A stretch of 64,000 bases of DNA from an uncultured Methanosarcinales archaeon (GCA_964510085.1 CAZEAB010000001.1:78583-142582); one strand, 5' to 3'. Shown: positions 38,561 to 48,156, counted from the stretch's first letter. Translations and numbers: made by a program. Notes: generated by a model not told the origin, from the letters alone.

Positions 38561-39627
38561 CTTTTTTTAAACCAGAAGGTAAAAAAATAGGCGATTTCTC
38601 TTTATTTGTTAAAGATAATAAATTATATTGTTTATTTATTGAGAAAACTGAAGAAGAGGAAGGAAATAGTTATGGTCTAGCTGAATCTATAGATAGTTTT
38701 ACATGGAAGTATAATGGTAGAATTCTTTCTCCTCCAACCACAGGAAGTTTGTGGGCAATGGATTATTTTGAAAACATGTTATTTTATTCTGTTGTCAATG
38801 ATATCACTGGAAACCCTTACCCCTCTCAGAAAGTAAATATGGCATTATCAAATGGTACAGGAGAGTTTCATAAAACCAAAATGATCATTTCGAATAACAT
38901 AAAAGAATATTATTATGATAAAAACTCTCCAAAATTTTGCTGGCGGGACCCTTTCATTTATAAGAAAGAGGACACATATTACTGCTTGTTAGCTGCTCGA
39001 GATAAAAGTAAACCTTACGAAAAAAGCGCCTGTGTTGCTCAGCTAAAATCTACTAATTTAATTGATTGGACGTTTCTTCCCCCTTTATTTTCTCCTAAAA
39101 AGTACTGGGAAATTGAAACTCCTTGCATATATTGGATTAATGGAAAACAAGTTCTTACGTATGGAACATATGATAATGGCATGAGTATGAAATTTATTAT
39201 TGGTCAAAAATATGTTGAACCAATTCTTAATAATTTTACTCCCGCTTATTGTTACGCTGGTAGAATCATTAAATTTAATGAAGAAGACTTATTTTATCAT
39301 TGGATTCGCAACCCTTCAAAAGGAAAAATGGCTACCTGGCTCGCTCCCCCAAAAGTTGTTGAACTAAAAAACAATTTCCTTTTTTTGAAAAAACATCCAA
39401 AAGTAAAAACTGTTCCTTATTTCGATGATAAAATTATACTTAAGAATCAAACTATTTCATTTACAAAAACTGCTGCCGGAATCTCAATTGCGGCAATGGA
39501 CAATAAACAAGAACCTTTAGACCTTAGAACTATTCCCTTAGAAGAAATATCTCTTGAGATTTATGAAGATGATCAGTTTATAGAAGTATACTGTGGAGGA
39601 TATTTTGTGTATGCAGCTGTTAAATAA
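38557..39627 (+). CDS. beta-propeller glycoside hydrolase-like protein (GH32/43/68 clan)
   Basis: ..CWRDPFIYKKEDTYYCLLAARD.. and ..WEIETPCIY.. resemble the RDP and EC motifs. The N-terminal WMNDPNG motif is not evident. ATGA overlap with rnp4. Confidence 0.4.
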   Translation: MTFFKPEGKKIGDFSLFVKDNKLYCLFIEKTEEEEGNSYGLAESIDSFTWKYNGRILSPPTTGSLWAMDYFENMLFYSVVNDITGNPYPSQKVNMALSNGTGEFHKTKMIISNNIKEYYYDKNSPKFCWRDPFIYKKEDTYYCLLAARDKSKPYEKSACVAQLKSTNLIDWTFLPPLFSPKKYWEIETPCIYWINGKQVLTYGTYDNGMSMKFIIGQKYVEPILNNFTPAYCYAGRIIKFNEEDLFYHWIRNPSKGKMATWLAPPKVVELKNNFLFLKKHPKVKTVPYFDDKIILKNQTISFTKTAAGISIAAMDNKQEPLDLRTIPLEEISLEIYEDDQFIEVYCGGYFVYAAVK

Positions 39628-41913
39628 TCACTCCTTTTCCAACAACAACTTCCTCTCAGTCCTTGCAACAACATGTCTTATTTCATCAACTGCATCTGCA
39701 TTCGCAGAAATAGAATCTATCCGTTGGTGTACTAAGAAATCTGCCATCTCCGGACGTGAACCTGCTTGTCCACATATTGATGTTGTAACGTCGTACTTCT
39801 TACATACGGTAATTACTTTTGCCATCTCTCCCAATACGGCAGGATGCATTTCATCAAAATGTTTCTGGATTTTTTGGTTATTCCTGTCTAAACCGAGAGT
39901 TAATTGTGTTAAATCATTTGTTCCAAAACTAACAAAGCTAATTCCTTCCTTACATAAATCTTCAATAATCCAGCAAGATGCAGGGGTTTCTATCATCACA
40001 CCAAAGTCAATCGCCTTACAAGGTTCTAATCCAATTTCTCTCATTATTTCTTTTGCTTTCCGTAACTCTTCTACATTTATTACAAACGGAATCATTACGC
40101 CAACATTCTTATGTCCTTCATAATGTAATTCTCTAATTGCTTGAAACTCTGCTCGAAGAATTTTCTCTTCATCTAATAATCTTCTAATAGCATGCCATCC
40201 AATCATTGGATCTGTTTCCTTTGGCTCTTTGTCCCCACCTTCTAGATTTCGATATTCATCAGACCTCATATCAGAACATCTAATCCAAACAGGTTTACCT
40301 TTGAAAGCTGTTGCAATTTTACCAATACCAACTTTCAACAATTCAATATAATCTTTATCTCTACCTTGTCTAATATATTCTGCTGGATGGATTTTTCCTG
40401 CTGCTATCATTATCTCTAATCGAACTAATCCAACTCCGTCTGCACCAGTTTTTGCCGCCCTAAACGCTAAATCCGGAATATCCATAATAACTTTAATGTC
40501 TGTTCCAGTAACAATATCACTTCCGCCAGAAGAAACAACTTCCTTCTTCTCTTCTTTAATATCTAATTTTCCTTCATATACAATTCCACGAGTTGCATGT
40601 ACAGTAATTACACTTCCTTCCTTTAACACTTCAGTCGCATGTTCTGTTCCCACAATACAAGGAATTCCCATCTCTCTAGAAACAATAGCTGCGTGACACG
40701 TCATCCCCCCTTCATTAGTAACGATGGCTGCAGCTTTTTGCATTGCTGGAACCATGTCTGGAGTGGTCATATTTGCTACAAGAACATCTCCTTTCTCAAT
40801 TTTACTAAGTTCAGAAGGGTCTTTAATTACCTTTACCGTTCCAGATGCAATTCCACGAGAAGCTGTCTCCCCCTTCAATAATATACGAGCATCTTCTTCA
40901 CATATTTTCTGTTCATCATCACATTTTTGTTCTTTGTATGTTGTAACTGCCCGAGCTTGTACAATGTAAATTTTATCCTTTTCAATCGCCCATTCAATAT
41001 CTTGAGGCATTCCGTAATGTTCTTCTATCTTACGACCCAATCTTGCCAATTCAATAATATCGGCATCCGAAACAATTTGTCTCTCTTGATTCTCTTTAGG
41101 AATTTCTTGTTCTTCATTTTCCCCTGCCTCGTTCCTAAACAACCCAATTTCTTGTTTCTTTATTTCACGAGATTTAATGCCCTTCTTTTCTTTATCAACA
41201 ATATATAAGTCCGGGTTAACTTGACCACCAACAATATATTCTCCTAACCCAAATACCGATTCAATTACAATCTCTTTTCCATTATTTGTTGCTGGATTTA
41301 TGGTAAACATAATCCCTGCTTTTTCAGAGTTAACCATTTTTTGCACTATAGCAGAAATTAATACCTTACTATGATCAAATCCATTCTTAACTCTGTAATA
41401 AATTGCTCTTGCTGTATACAAAGAAGCCCAACATTTTCGTACAGCTAATACTACATTATCATTACCTTTCACATTTAAGAATGTAGCTTGCTGACCTGCA
41501 AAACTTGCTGAGGGTAAATCTTCTGCTGTTGCAGAACTTCTAACAGCAACAAAGACATCTTTTCCATGTACTAATTCATTTGCTGTGTTATCTGCACCAA
41601 GTAATTCGTAACTATCAATAATCTCTTCTTTAATTGCTTCAGGAATTTCTGTGCTTACAATTAGCTTTTGAATTTCATTCGCTTTTTCTTGTAATTTAGA
41701 TGTGTCTTCAATATCAATCGTATTAACAATTTCTAGAATTTTGTCCTTAATTTTAGTTGTTTCAATAAATTCTTTATATGTTTGGGCAGTAACTGAAAAA
41801 CCAGGAGGTACTGGTAAATCTAAATTAAACATCTCACCAAGGTTGGCACCCTTTCCACCAGCTACCGGGATGGAATCTTTATTTAAATCTTTAAACCACG
41901 CAACGTATGACAT
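39628..41913 (-). CDS. ppsA: phosphoenolpyruvate synthase
   Basis: 761 aa. ATP-grasp N-terminus, phosphohistidine GGMTCHAAIVSRE, C-terminal PEP-utilizer TIM barrel. Confidence 0.95.
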   Translation of the reverse strand: MSYVAWFKDLNKDSIPVAGGKGANLGEMFNLDLPVPPGFSVTAQTYKEFIETTKIKDKILEIVNTIDIEDTSKLQEKANEIQKLIVSTEIPEAIKEEIIDSYELLGADNTANELVHGKDVFVAVRSSATAEDLPSASFAGQQATFLNVKGNDNVVLAVRKCWASLYTARAIYYRVKNGFDHSKVLISAIVQKMVNSEKAGIMFTINPATNNGKEIVIESVFGLGEYIVGGQVNPDLYIVDKEKKGIKSREIKKQEIGLFRNEAGENEEQEIPKENQERQIVSDADIIELARLGRKIEEHYGMPQDIEWAIEKDKIYIVQARAVTTYKEQKCDDEQKICEEDARILLKGETASRGIASGTVKVIKDPSELSKIEKGDVLVANMTTPDMVPAMQKAAAIVTNEGGMTCHAAIVSREMGIPCIVGTEHATEVLKEGSVITVHATRGIVYEGKLDIKEEKKEVVSSGGSDIVTGTDIKVIMDIPDLAFRAAKTGADGVGLVRLEIMIAAGKIHPAEYIRQGRDKDYIELLKVGIGKIATAFKGKPVWIRCSDMRSDEYRNLEGGDKEPKETDPMIGWHAIRRLLDEEKILRAEFQAIRELHYEGHKNVGVMIPFVINVEELRKAKEIMREIGLEPCKAIDFGVMIETPASCWIIEDLCKEGISFVSFGTNDLTQLTLGLDRNNQKIQKHFDEMHPAVLGEMAKVITVCKKYDVTTSICGQAGSRPEMADFLVHQRIDSISANADAVDEIRHVVARTERKLLLEKE

Positions 41914-41961
41914 ATAACACCTCTATATAGATTAATGTTAACACCCTTTTAACCTTTTTGG

Positions 41962-42291
41962 TTAATCTTCATCATCTAAATCCGCACCAAAATCGTCTGT
42001 TTCATCGTACTCTTCTGATGGAGGCGCTTCAACTACTTCCATCTCTTCACGAGTTATCGCAGCAAATTTAGATTGCTTCTTTGGTCGCTCCAGTTTTTCA
42101 ACAACTTCAGCGAAACCGACTTTAGGAAGGACTTTTGTTATTTTTATTTTAACATAGTCTCCTTTCTTAACACCGGGTACGAATAAAACGAACCCATTTA
42201 CTTTTGCAATACCATCGCCTTTTTCACCGACAGCTCGCACACTTACTTCATGTATTTCTCCTGCTTTTACAGGAGGCTCTTGTTCACTCAT
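41962..42291 (-). CDS. TRAM domain protein with acidic tail
   Basis: Start chosen at the second ATG, which has a GGAGGT Shine-Dalgarno sequence 7 nt upstream. ..GDGIAKVNGFVLFVPGVKKGDYVKIKITKV.. TRAM fold. Confidence 0.7.
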   Translation of the reverse strand: MSEQEPPVKAGEIHEVSVRAVGEKGDGIAKVNGFVLFVPGVKKGDYVKIKITKVLPKVGFAEVVEKLERPKKQSKFAAITREEMEVVEAPPSEEYDETDDFGADLDDED

Positions 42292-42416
42292 GTGATGGAC
42301 CTCCAAATAGTTCTACATAGATTAAAGAATTAGATTGTTGCATTTGTGTATATAGTCATAACTTAAATAAAAATAAGAATAAAGTATATTTAAAGCTTGT
42401 GTTTATTTTGTGAGAA

Positions 42417-43451
42417 TTAACTCACATCCCTCAAACCATCGCCTTCAACAACGAAACAACATTCTCCGTCTGCAAGTGCTGGAGCATCGATTAATTTAGC
42501 TACTCGAGAACCTTTCTTACCTTTTCGCAGATATATCCTAAACGTAGAGGCGTGTGCTACGATATGTCCTCCAATTGAAGCAGTAGGATCTCCAAAGAAC
42601 TGGTCTGGTTTTGCCATTACTTGATTTGTAAGATATACACACACATTATATGTATTTGCTACTTTTGCTAGCATATGCATGTGCCTATTAAGCTTCTGCT
42701 GTCTTTCTGCAAGAGTTCCCCTACCAATAAATTCTGCCCTAAAATGAGATGTTAACGAATCTACTACAACTAACCTTACGTTTTTACCATCTTGTGTAAT
42801 AAGACTCTCAACTTTCTCAGCTAAAAGCATCTGATGATCTGAGTTATATGCTTTCGCTACTAAAATCCGGCTCAATGCTTCTTCTGGATCTAAATCTATT
42901 CCTGCAGCAAGTTGTTTAATTCTCTCTGGACGAAATGTGTTCTCAGTATCAATGTATACAACAGTTGAACCTGGAACTGCTTTCAAAGTATTTACGCTCA
43001 GTAAATGACCAATCTGTGTTTTTCCTGAACCAAATTCTCCAAAACATTCTGTAATTGCACCAGTTTCAAAACCACCACCCATTAACGTGTTAAATACTTC
43101 ACTTCCAGTAGATAACTTTAGAACTTGCTTACGCTTTTGCATGATGTCAGTTCCTGTTTCGAAACCCATTTTCATGCTATCTCTTGCGTGGTTAATCATT
43201 TTCCGTGCAACTGCTTCTGAAACACCAGATGCTTCACATAACTGTCCAATAGATGCAACCGCAACCGACATCATATCATGATATCCTGCTTGTTCTAGTT
43301 TATCCGCTGTAGCAGCGCCTACACCTGGAATATCTACAATTCTTGGTTTTTCTACTTCTGGTGGTGTTAATTCCTGCACTTCTAACTCTTCTTGTACTTC
43401 TGATTCCTCTTGTGTTTCTAATTCTTCCATATTTAATACCGCTTCTGTCAT
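42417..43451 (-). CDS. radA: DNA repair and recombination protein RadA
   Basis: HhH (IPGVGAATADKL), Walker A GEFGSGKTQ, Walker B LVVVDS. ~35-aa acidic N-terminal extension. Confidence 0.95.
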   Translation of the reverse strand: MTEAVLNMEELETQEESEVQEELEVQELTPPEVEKPRIVDIPGVGAATADKLEQAGYHDMMSVAVASIGQLCEASGVSEAVARKMINHARDSMKMGFETGTDIMQKRKQVLKLSTGSEVFNTLMGGGFETGAITECFGEFGSGKTQIGHLLSVNTLKAVPGSTVVYIDTENTFRPERIKQLAAGIDLDPEEALSRILVAKAYNSDHQMLLAEKVESLITQDGKNVRLVVVDSLTSHFRAEFIGRGTLAERQQKLNRHMHMLAKVANTYNVCVYLTNQVMAKPDQFFGDPTASIGGHIVAHASTFRIYLRKGKKGSRVAKLIDAPALADGECCFVVEGDGLRDVS

Positions 43452-43486
43452 AGTATCACCTTTTCTATTATATAAAATTTGGGGAG

Positions 43487-43798
43487 TTATACTCCCTTAA
43501 ACAAGTCTTGTTGAGCAAAGACTAAATGCTTGTATGCTTCCTGCATAAGTAACTGTACTTTAGGCAGATCATGTATACGAAATGTTCGAGAATTATGCCA
43601 ATTCCCCTCTGCATCCGTATAACTTCTCTCAAGAGAAATAGTTCTGAACGTTGCTTCCTCTCCCGTTGTTTTGGTTCCTTTATTTAACCACACAGTTGCG
43701 GAGATAGCACCTGCTCTAAACTTCTTTTCAGGTAGATTGCCTATAGAACTACTGGCATCTACTTTGCTTTCTACATCTACTATTTTTTTTTGTTTCAT
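43487..43798 (-). CDS. hypothetical protein (possible nucleic-acid-binding)
   Basis: Start at the internal Met, which has an AGAGGTG Shine-Dalgarno sequence upstream. ..FRAGAISATVWLNKG...FRTISLERSYTDAEGNWHNSRTFRIHDLPK... The family assignment is uncertain. Confidence 0.35.
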   Translation of the reverse strand: MKQKKIVDVESKVDASSSIGNLPEKKFRAGAISATVWLNKGTKTTGEEATFRTISLERSYTDAEGNWHNSRTFRIHDLPKVQLLMQEAYKHLVFAQQDLFKGV

Positions 43799-43948
43799 TT
43801 TTGCACCTCTTGCTTTCGCGTTTTGTTTCAACCCCTTTGTTTCCAAGTGGGGTGAGGTGTAACCGGTTACAGTAGTCTTTAGAATTAGGGGGTATTTAAA
43901 CTCTATCCGCACCTGTCCAGTGTGTCCAGTGCTTCCTATTTAGCTTTA

Positions 43949-44353
43949 TTATTGGGGTGTCCAGTGGGTACCAAATATCTTCCTTCTCAACTCAGAACTC
44001 TTATGATTCTCAGCATTATACGGCTTCCCACGTAACACCGTATACGCAGATAACTTTTCTTCAACAGCAGGATGATCATATCCTAAGAATATTACATCTG
44101 GCTGAAGGTCTCTAATAACTTTAAAATGATCTTCTGAATCACCAAGAACCGCTTTATCTACTATACCAATACTCTTTATCAACTCTAATCTTTCATCTTC
44201 AGTAAACGTAACTTCCTTTCCCTGTTCTTCTTTTGTAGAATCCCGTGCTATGACAACTATCAAATAATCTCCCTGTTCTTTCGCTTGTCTAAAATAGTCT
44301 AAATGTCCTACATGAAGTAAATCAAACGTTCCAAAACACATTACTGTAGTCAT
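43949..44353 (-). CDS. cytidylyltransferase-family nucleotidyltransferase (FAD synthase RibL-like)
   Basis: FGTFDLLHVGHLDYF (HxGH) motif, 134 aa. ATGA overlap with the upstream gene. Confidence 0.7.
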   Translation of the reverse strand: MTTVMCFGTFDLLHVGHLDYFRQAKEQGDYLIVVIARDSTKEEQGKEVTFTEDERLELIKSIGIVDKAVLGDSEDHFKVIRDLQPDVIFLGYDHPAVEEKLSAYTVLRGKPYNAENHKSSELRRKIFGTHWTPQ

Positions 44354-46386
44354 GATACCAACCTTGCTTCTTCAATTATTAATCTTCCGGAACATGAGGT
44401 GTCCATTTCCTTACGTACAGAAACGAGTTCAATCTTCTTCTTAAATAATGGACAATCTAAAACTAAACTTTCAAACTCTCCTCCTTCTCCCGCGATATTC
44501 AAAAAATTCTTCTTCTCCAATTCTTCAATCATATCCTCATCAATCTTTCTACCTAACCAAGATTCATCTAAGCCATCTGCAGCAACTGCACTTAACACAA
44601 CTTCAAACTTTACTACATCTTTCATATGTTGTAATTGTGGTTTATGCCATAATGGAGAAAATATCTTTAAACCAAGCTTGTCACATATCTTTTCAATCCG
44701 ATCTCTTTGATATGTACTAAACAATGCACCGCTTACAATTCCTTCTATTTTATGTTCTTTTTTAGCTAATAAAATAGCTTTTTCCAAATCTTCTAATTCC
44801 TTTTCCTTCTCACCTTTTGTTTCAAACATCACCAAAGGAAGACCCATCGCTTCTGCTTGTAATTCTACCATCTCAACTCCTGCAGATTGAAACATATACG
44901 ATTCTGGATTTAAAGACTTCATAGTAATCAAACATGTTAATTCATAATTTTGTTTCTGCATAATATAAGCAGCTGAATGTGAGTCTTTCCCAGAACTACA
45001 AAGAACTCCTAACTTAACATTATGAGAGGGATAGAACTGTTTTAAATACTGAGATTTATACTTCCCCTCTTGTTTAGCCAATTTTCCAATAGCATAATCA
45101 AATCGACTCCCGTATTGTGCAGCAACTTTCTTTCTAAAAGAAAAATCTTCCGATAATCCCTTGTTAAACGCAATCTTTCGTAAGATTTTTTTAGTGATTC
45201 CTTCTCCTATTTTCAAACTTTCTGGGATTTTTAGCGCATACGAAACCAATTCTTTATCCAAGAAAGGTAATCGTAACTCAAGATTCAAATCCATTGTAAG
45301 AACGTCATCTCTATACAGGTCTCGTTCATACATTTTTAACAGACCTGAAACACATTCTTGGTTTATGTTAGAACTGTTCTTATGCCGTTCATACCCTGCA
45401 AAGATTTCTTCACTACCAAGACCAGAGAATATTACTTTACATCCGTCTTCTTTTGCCATTTCACATGCAAGGTAGAATGTTAAAGCAACTCCTACTTTAA
45501 CTACGTTAGAATCTTCTATTAAAGGTACTATTTTTTTCAAGTATGGAGGAAGGTCTTCGATTTTTGTCTTTTTAATCTTTAAATCTAAACCTAACTCTGC
45601 AGCAACTTTTTGAGCTGCAGTTAAATCAGAAGGTTCTTTATTTTCCGTATCAAGTACAGCGGTATAACATGTAAAATCATATCCTTTATCTTTGAAATGT
45701 TTTGCAAGGAATGTTGAATCAATCCCTCCAGAGAATAATAATCCAAACTTCTTTCCCGGAATTCTCTTTTCTATAGCTTTATCTAATAACTCGGTTGTGT
45801 TTGCTTGAACTTCTTCAGAATGTTCTGGAATATATGTAAAAAATTCTCTTGGTATTACATCTAATTTCTTAGTTTCAACACCATACACCAATATTTGTCT
45901 TGGATTTAATTCTTGAATATCAATATAACCTAATTTCTCTAACGCTTTTTTTTCAGACGAAAATGCGAAACCATCATCATACACGTACCACAACGGTTTA
46001 ACCCCCAAAATATCTCTAGCCAAGTAGATTTTTCCTTCTTTATAATATGCAAAGGCAAATACTCCATCTAATTCTTCTATTTTGTCAATTCCAAATGTAT
46101 CTAACATAGAAAGTAATAATTTTGCGTCATTCTCAGCTGTAATTGAATACTTCTCAGCAAGTTCTTTCCAATTATATATCTCACAATTAGCTGTAAGTAC
46201 TCCTTCTTTCTGTAATGGCTGTGTAACATGTCCTACAACTGCGTGTAATGTGTGTCCAAATATAACATTAGAATTAATTTCTGTCATTTTAGAACCATCC
46301 TTCCCTCTGTTGTGAAGAATCTTAAGAGCAGTAGCTACATCTTTTTGCGCATTTGTTCTATTTGCAATACCAATGATGCCACACAT
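44350..46386 (-). CDS. fusion protein: asparagine synthetase-like (Ntn glutaminase + PP-loop) plus Dph6/MJ0570-type ATP pyrophosphatase domain
   Basis: N-terminal MCGIIG catalytic Cys. First PP-loop FSGGIDS. C-terminal ~220 aa with CSSGKDS and GEGGEFESLVLDCPLF, typical of diphthine-ammonia ligase homologs. Confidence 0.75.
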   Translation of the reverse strand: MCGIIGIANRTNAQKDVATALKILHNRGKDGSKMTEINSNVIFGHTLHAVVGHVTQPLQKEGVLTANCEIYNWKELAEKYSITAENDAKLLLSMLDTFGIDKIEELDGVFAFAYYKEGKIYLARDILGVKPLWYVYDDGFAFSSEKKALEKLGYIDIQELNPRQILVYGVETKKLDVIPREFFTYIPEHSEEVQANTTELLDKAIEKRIPGKKFGLLFSGGIDSTFLAKHFKDKGYDFTCYTAVLDTENKEPSDLTAAQKVAAELGLDLKIKKTKIEDLPPYLKKIVPLIEDSNVVKVGVALTFYLACEMAKEDGCKVIFSGLGSEEIFAGYERHKNSSNINQECVSGLLKMYERDLYRDDVLTMDLNLELRLPFLDKELVSYALKIPESLKIGEGITKKILRKIAFNKGLSEDFSFRKKVAAQYGSRFDYAIGKLAKQEGKYKSQYLKQFYPSHNVKLGVLCSSGKDSHSAAYIMQKQNYELTCLITMKSLNPESYMFQSAGVEMVELQAEAMGLPLVMFETKGEKEKELEDLEKAILLAKKEHKIEGIVSGALFSTYQRDRIEKICDKLGLKIFSPLWHKPQLQHMKDVVKFEVVLSAVAADGLDESWLGRKIDEDMIEELEKKNFLNIAGEGGEFESLVLDCPLFKKKIELVSVRKEMDTSCSGRLIIEEARLVS

Positions 46387-46462
46387 AGGTGACTAATTAA
46401 GAACATTTTTTATAAAGATTTAGAACCAAAAAGCACATAAACCTCTTTACTTCATTAGTGCT

Positions 46463-46795
46463 ATGCATACAATCAATGATTTTAAATGTACCAAATGTGG
46501 CGAATGCTGCAGAATGATTATTAAAGTAGACAAAGAAGATATTAAAAAAATTGAATCTCTAAAACAGACTAATTTTACCCAATACGATGAAAATATCAAA
46601 AGCCAGGTATTAAAACAAGAAAATGCAAGATGTATTTTCCTCAAGAAAGAAGGAGATGAATTCGTTTGCTCCATTTACGAACACCGGCCGAAAGTATGTA
46701 GGCAGTATCCTTTCATAAATAAGAGTAAAGTAGAAGATTGCAGACCTCCTCGATGGGAGTATTGGCCTAAAATAAATTCACTTTTTAAGTTGTGA
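46463..46795 (+). CDS. YkgJ-family cysteine-cluster protein
   Basis: CTKCGECC...C.FL...CSIYEHRPKVCRQYP pattern. Confidence 0.65.
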   Translation: MHTINDFKCTKCGECCRMIIKVDKEDIKKIESLKQTNFTQYDENIKSQVLKQENARCIFLKKEGDEFVCSIYEHRPKVCRQYPFINKSKVEDCRPPRWEYWPKINSLFKL

Positions 46796-46913
46796 GCAGG
46801 TCCGGTTCACTTCTCGTATGTTTTAATCTTATGCGCCCACCCCGGATGGGGCTTTCCCCGAGCGCAGGGGATGTTCATCTCGATAAAAACGTTCACAAAT
46901 TGGAGCAGCTCAC
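46792..46913. other. 122-nt GC-rich structured element filling a convergent intergenic gap
   Basis: Closing stem GTGAGCaGG..CC/GGaGCaGCTCAC. Central GCGCCCACCCCGGATGGGGCTTTCCCCGAGCGCAGGGG. Three GTTCA(C/T) repeats. Confidence 0.45.
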
Positions 46914-46917
46914 ACAC

Positions 46918-48015
46918 CTAATCCAAATGAAGTTCCAAAATATCTTTATCCTTCAACCTATGCTTTAACATAATCTTCTGACCAGGGTGTTTAGCACTTT
47001 TACCCCACACTCGAGCAAACTTAAATCGTTTTGCAAAATCTTTATGGGTTTTATCGCACACATTTCGTATAGTTGCGTTCTTAAAAATAATCATTGGCTC
47101 TTTCATGTCTGCTTCTTTCTTTGGTTCTTTCATATATACTCTAATAAAATTCAATTTTTTGAAGATTAACTCTCTTAATTCTGAAATGCCTTTTCCTTCA
47201 TGTGCAGATATAGCAATATCTGCATTTATGCTCTTACGAACTTTCCGAATCTGAGATGCAGAAGCAGTATCTGATTTGGTTATACAAATAACAGCAGGAA
47301 CGTATTTCTTATTCCCCTCTATACAATCTATCAAAGCATCAATATCAATTGGAGATCTAATTAAGACATCCGCATTAACCATTTTAAATTCACGCATAAC
47401 ATCTTTTATTGTTTCGTCATCAACTTCTGTAGGGACAGTTCTTCCTATGTTTAAACCCCCCATCCCTCTTTTCTTGATAAAAACTTCTGGCTTCGTTTTA
47501 TTAATTCTAATATGTGCATCATTTACTTCTTTTAAAATTGCAGGAAAATGTTCTGGTGTATTTACATCAACCACAATTAATACTAAATCTGCATTTTGAA
47601 TTACAGTTAATACTTCTCTACCTCTTCCTTTTCCAGAAGCTGCTCCTGAAACAATTCCTGGAACGTCTAGAATCTGAATTTTTGCTTGTTTATAATCCAT
47701 CGTACCTGGTACAACAGACAATGTTGTAAATGCATATGCACCAACTTCTGATTTTGCACCAGTTAGTTCATTAAGTAATGTTGACTTACCTGCAGAAGGA
47801 AATCCGAGTAATAATACGGTCCCATCTCCTGATTTTCTCACTGAGTAACCGTAAGATGAAGACCCCGTTTTTTTAGCAGTTCTTGAAGCACTTTTCTCCT
47901 TAAGCATCGCAATTTTTGCTTTAACTCTTCCAATATGGTGCTGCGTTGCCTTATTGTACTTTGTCTTCTTTATTTCGTCCTCGAGTTCTTTAATTTGCTT
48001 GGAATAATCAACCAT
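46918..48015 (-). CDS. developmentally regulated GTP-binding protein (Drg/Obg-like) with TGS domain
   Basis: G1 GFPSAGKSTLLN, G3 DVPG, G4 TKSD, C-terminal TGS. Confidence 0.85.
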   Translation of the reverse strand: MVDYSKQIKELEDEIKKTKYNKATQHHIGRVKAKIAMLKEKSASRTAKKTGSSSYGYSVRKSGDGTVLLLGFPSAGKSTLLNELTGAKSEVGAYAFTTLSVVPGTMDYKQAKIQILDVPGIVSGAASGKGRGREVLTVIQNADLVLIVVDVNTPEHFPAILKEVNDAHIRINKTKPEVFIKKRGMGGLNIGRTVPTEVDDETIKDVMREFKMVNADVLIRSPIDIDALIDCIEGNKKYVPAVICITKSDTASASQIRKVRKSINADIAISAHEGKGISELRELIFKKLNFIRVYMKEPKKEADMKEPMIIFKNATIRNVCDKTHKDFAKRFKFARVWGKSAKHPGQKIMLKHRLKDKDILELHLD

Positions 48016-48082
48016 ATGCTTAAACTGAAAGAGGGGTATTTAACTCTTACGTTCAAAAACAAAGGATTTACTATTTTATTTT

Positions 48083-48156
48083 GTGTGAGCAGAGCACGCC
48101 GGACTCCTACAATTTTCAATTGTAGCCGGCTCGGCAAGCCAGGGCGCTACCCACAC
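48083..48156 (-). repeat. GC-rich structured intergenic element, copy E4 (inverted orientation)
   Basis: The reverse complement reads GTGTGGGTAGCGCCCTGGCTTGCCGAGCCGG-CTACAATTGAAAATTGTAG-GAGTCCGGCGTGCTCTGCTCACAC. The inner hairpin is identical to E1. Confidence 0.8.
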
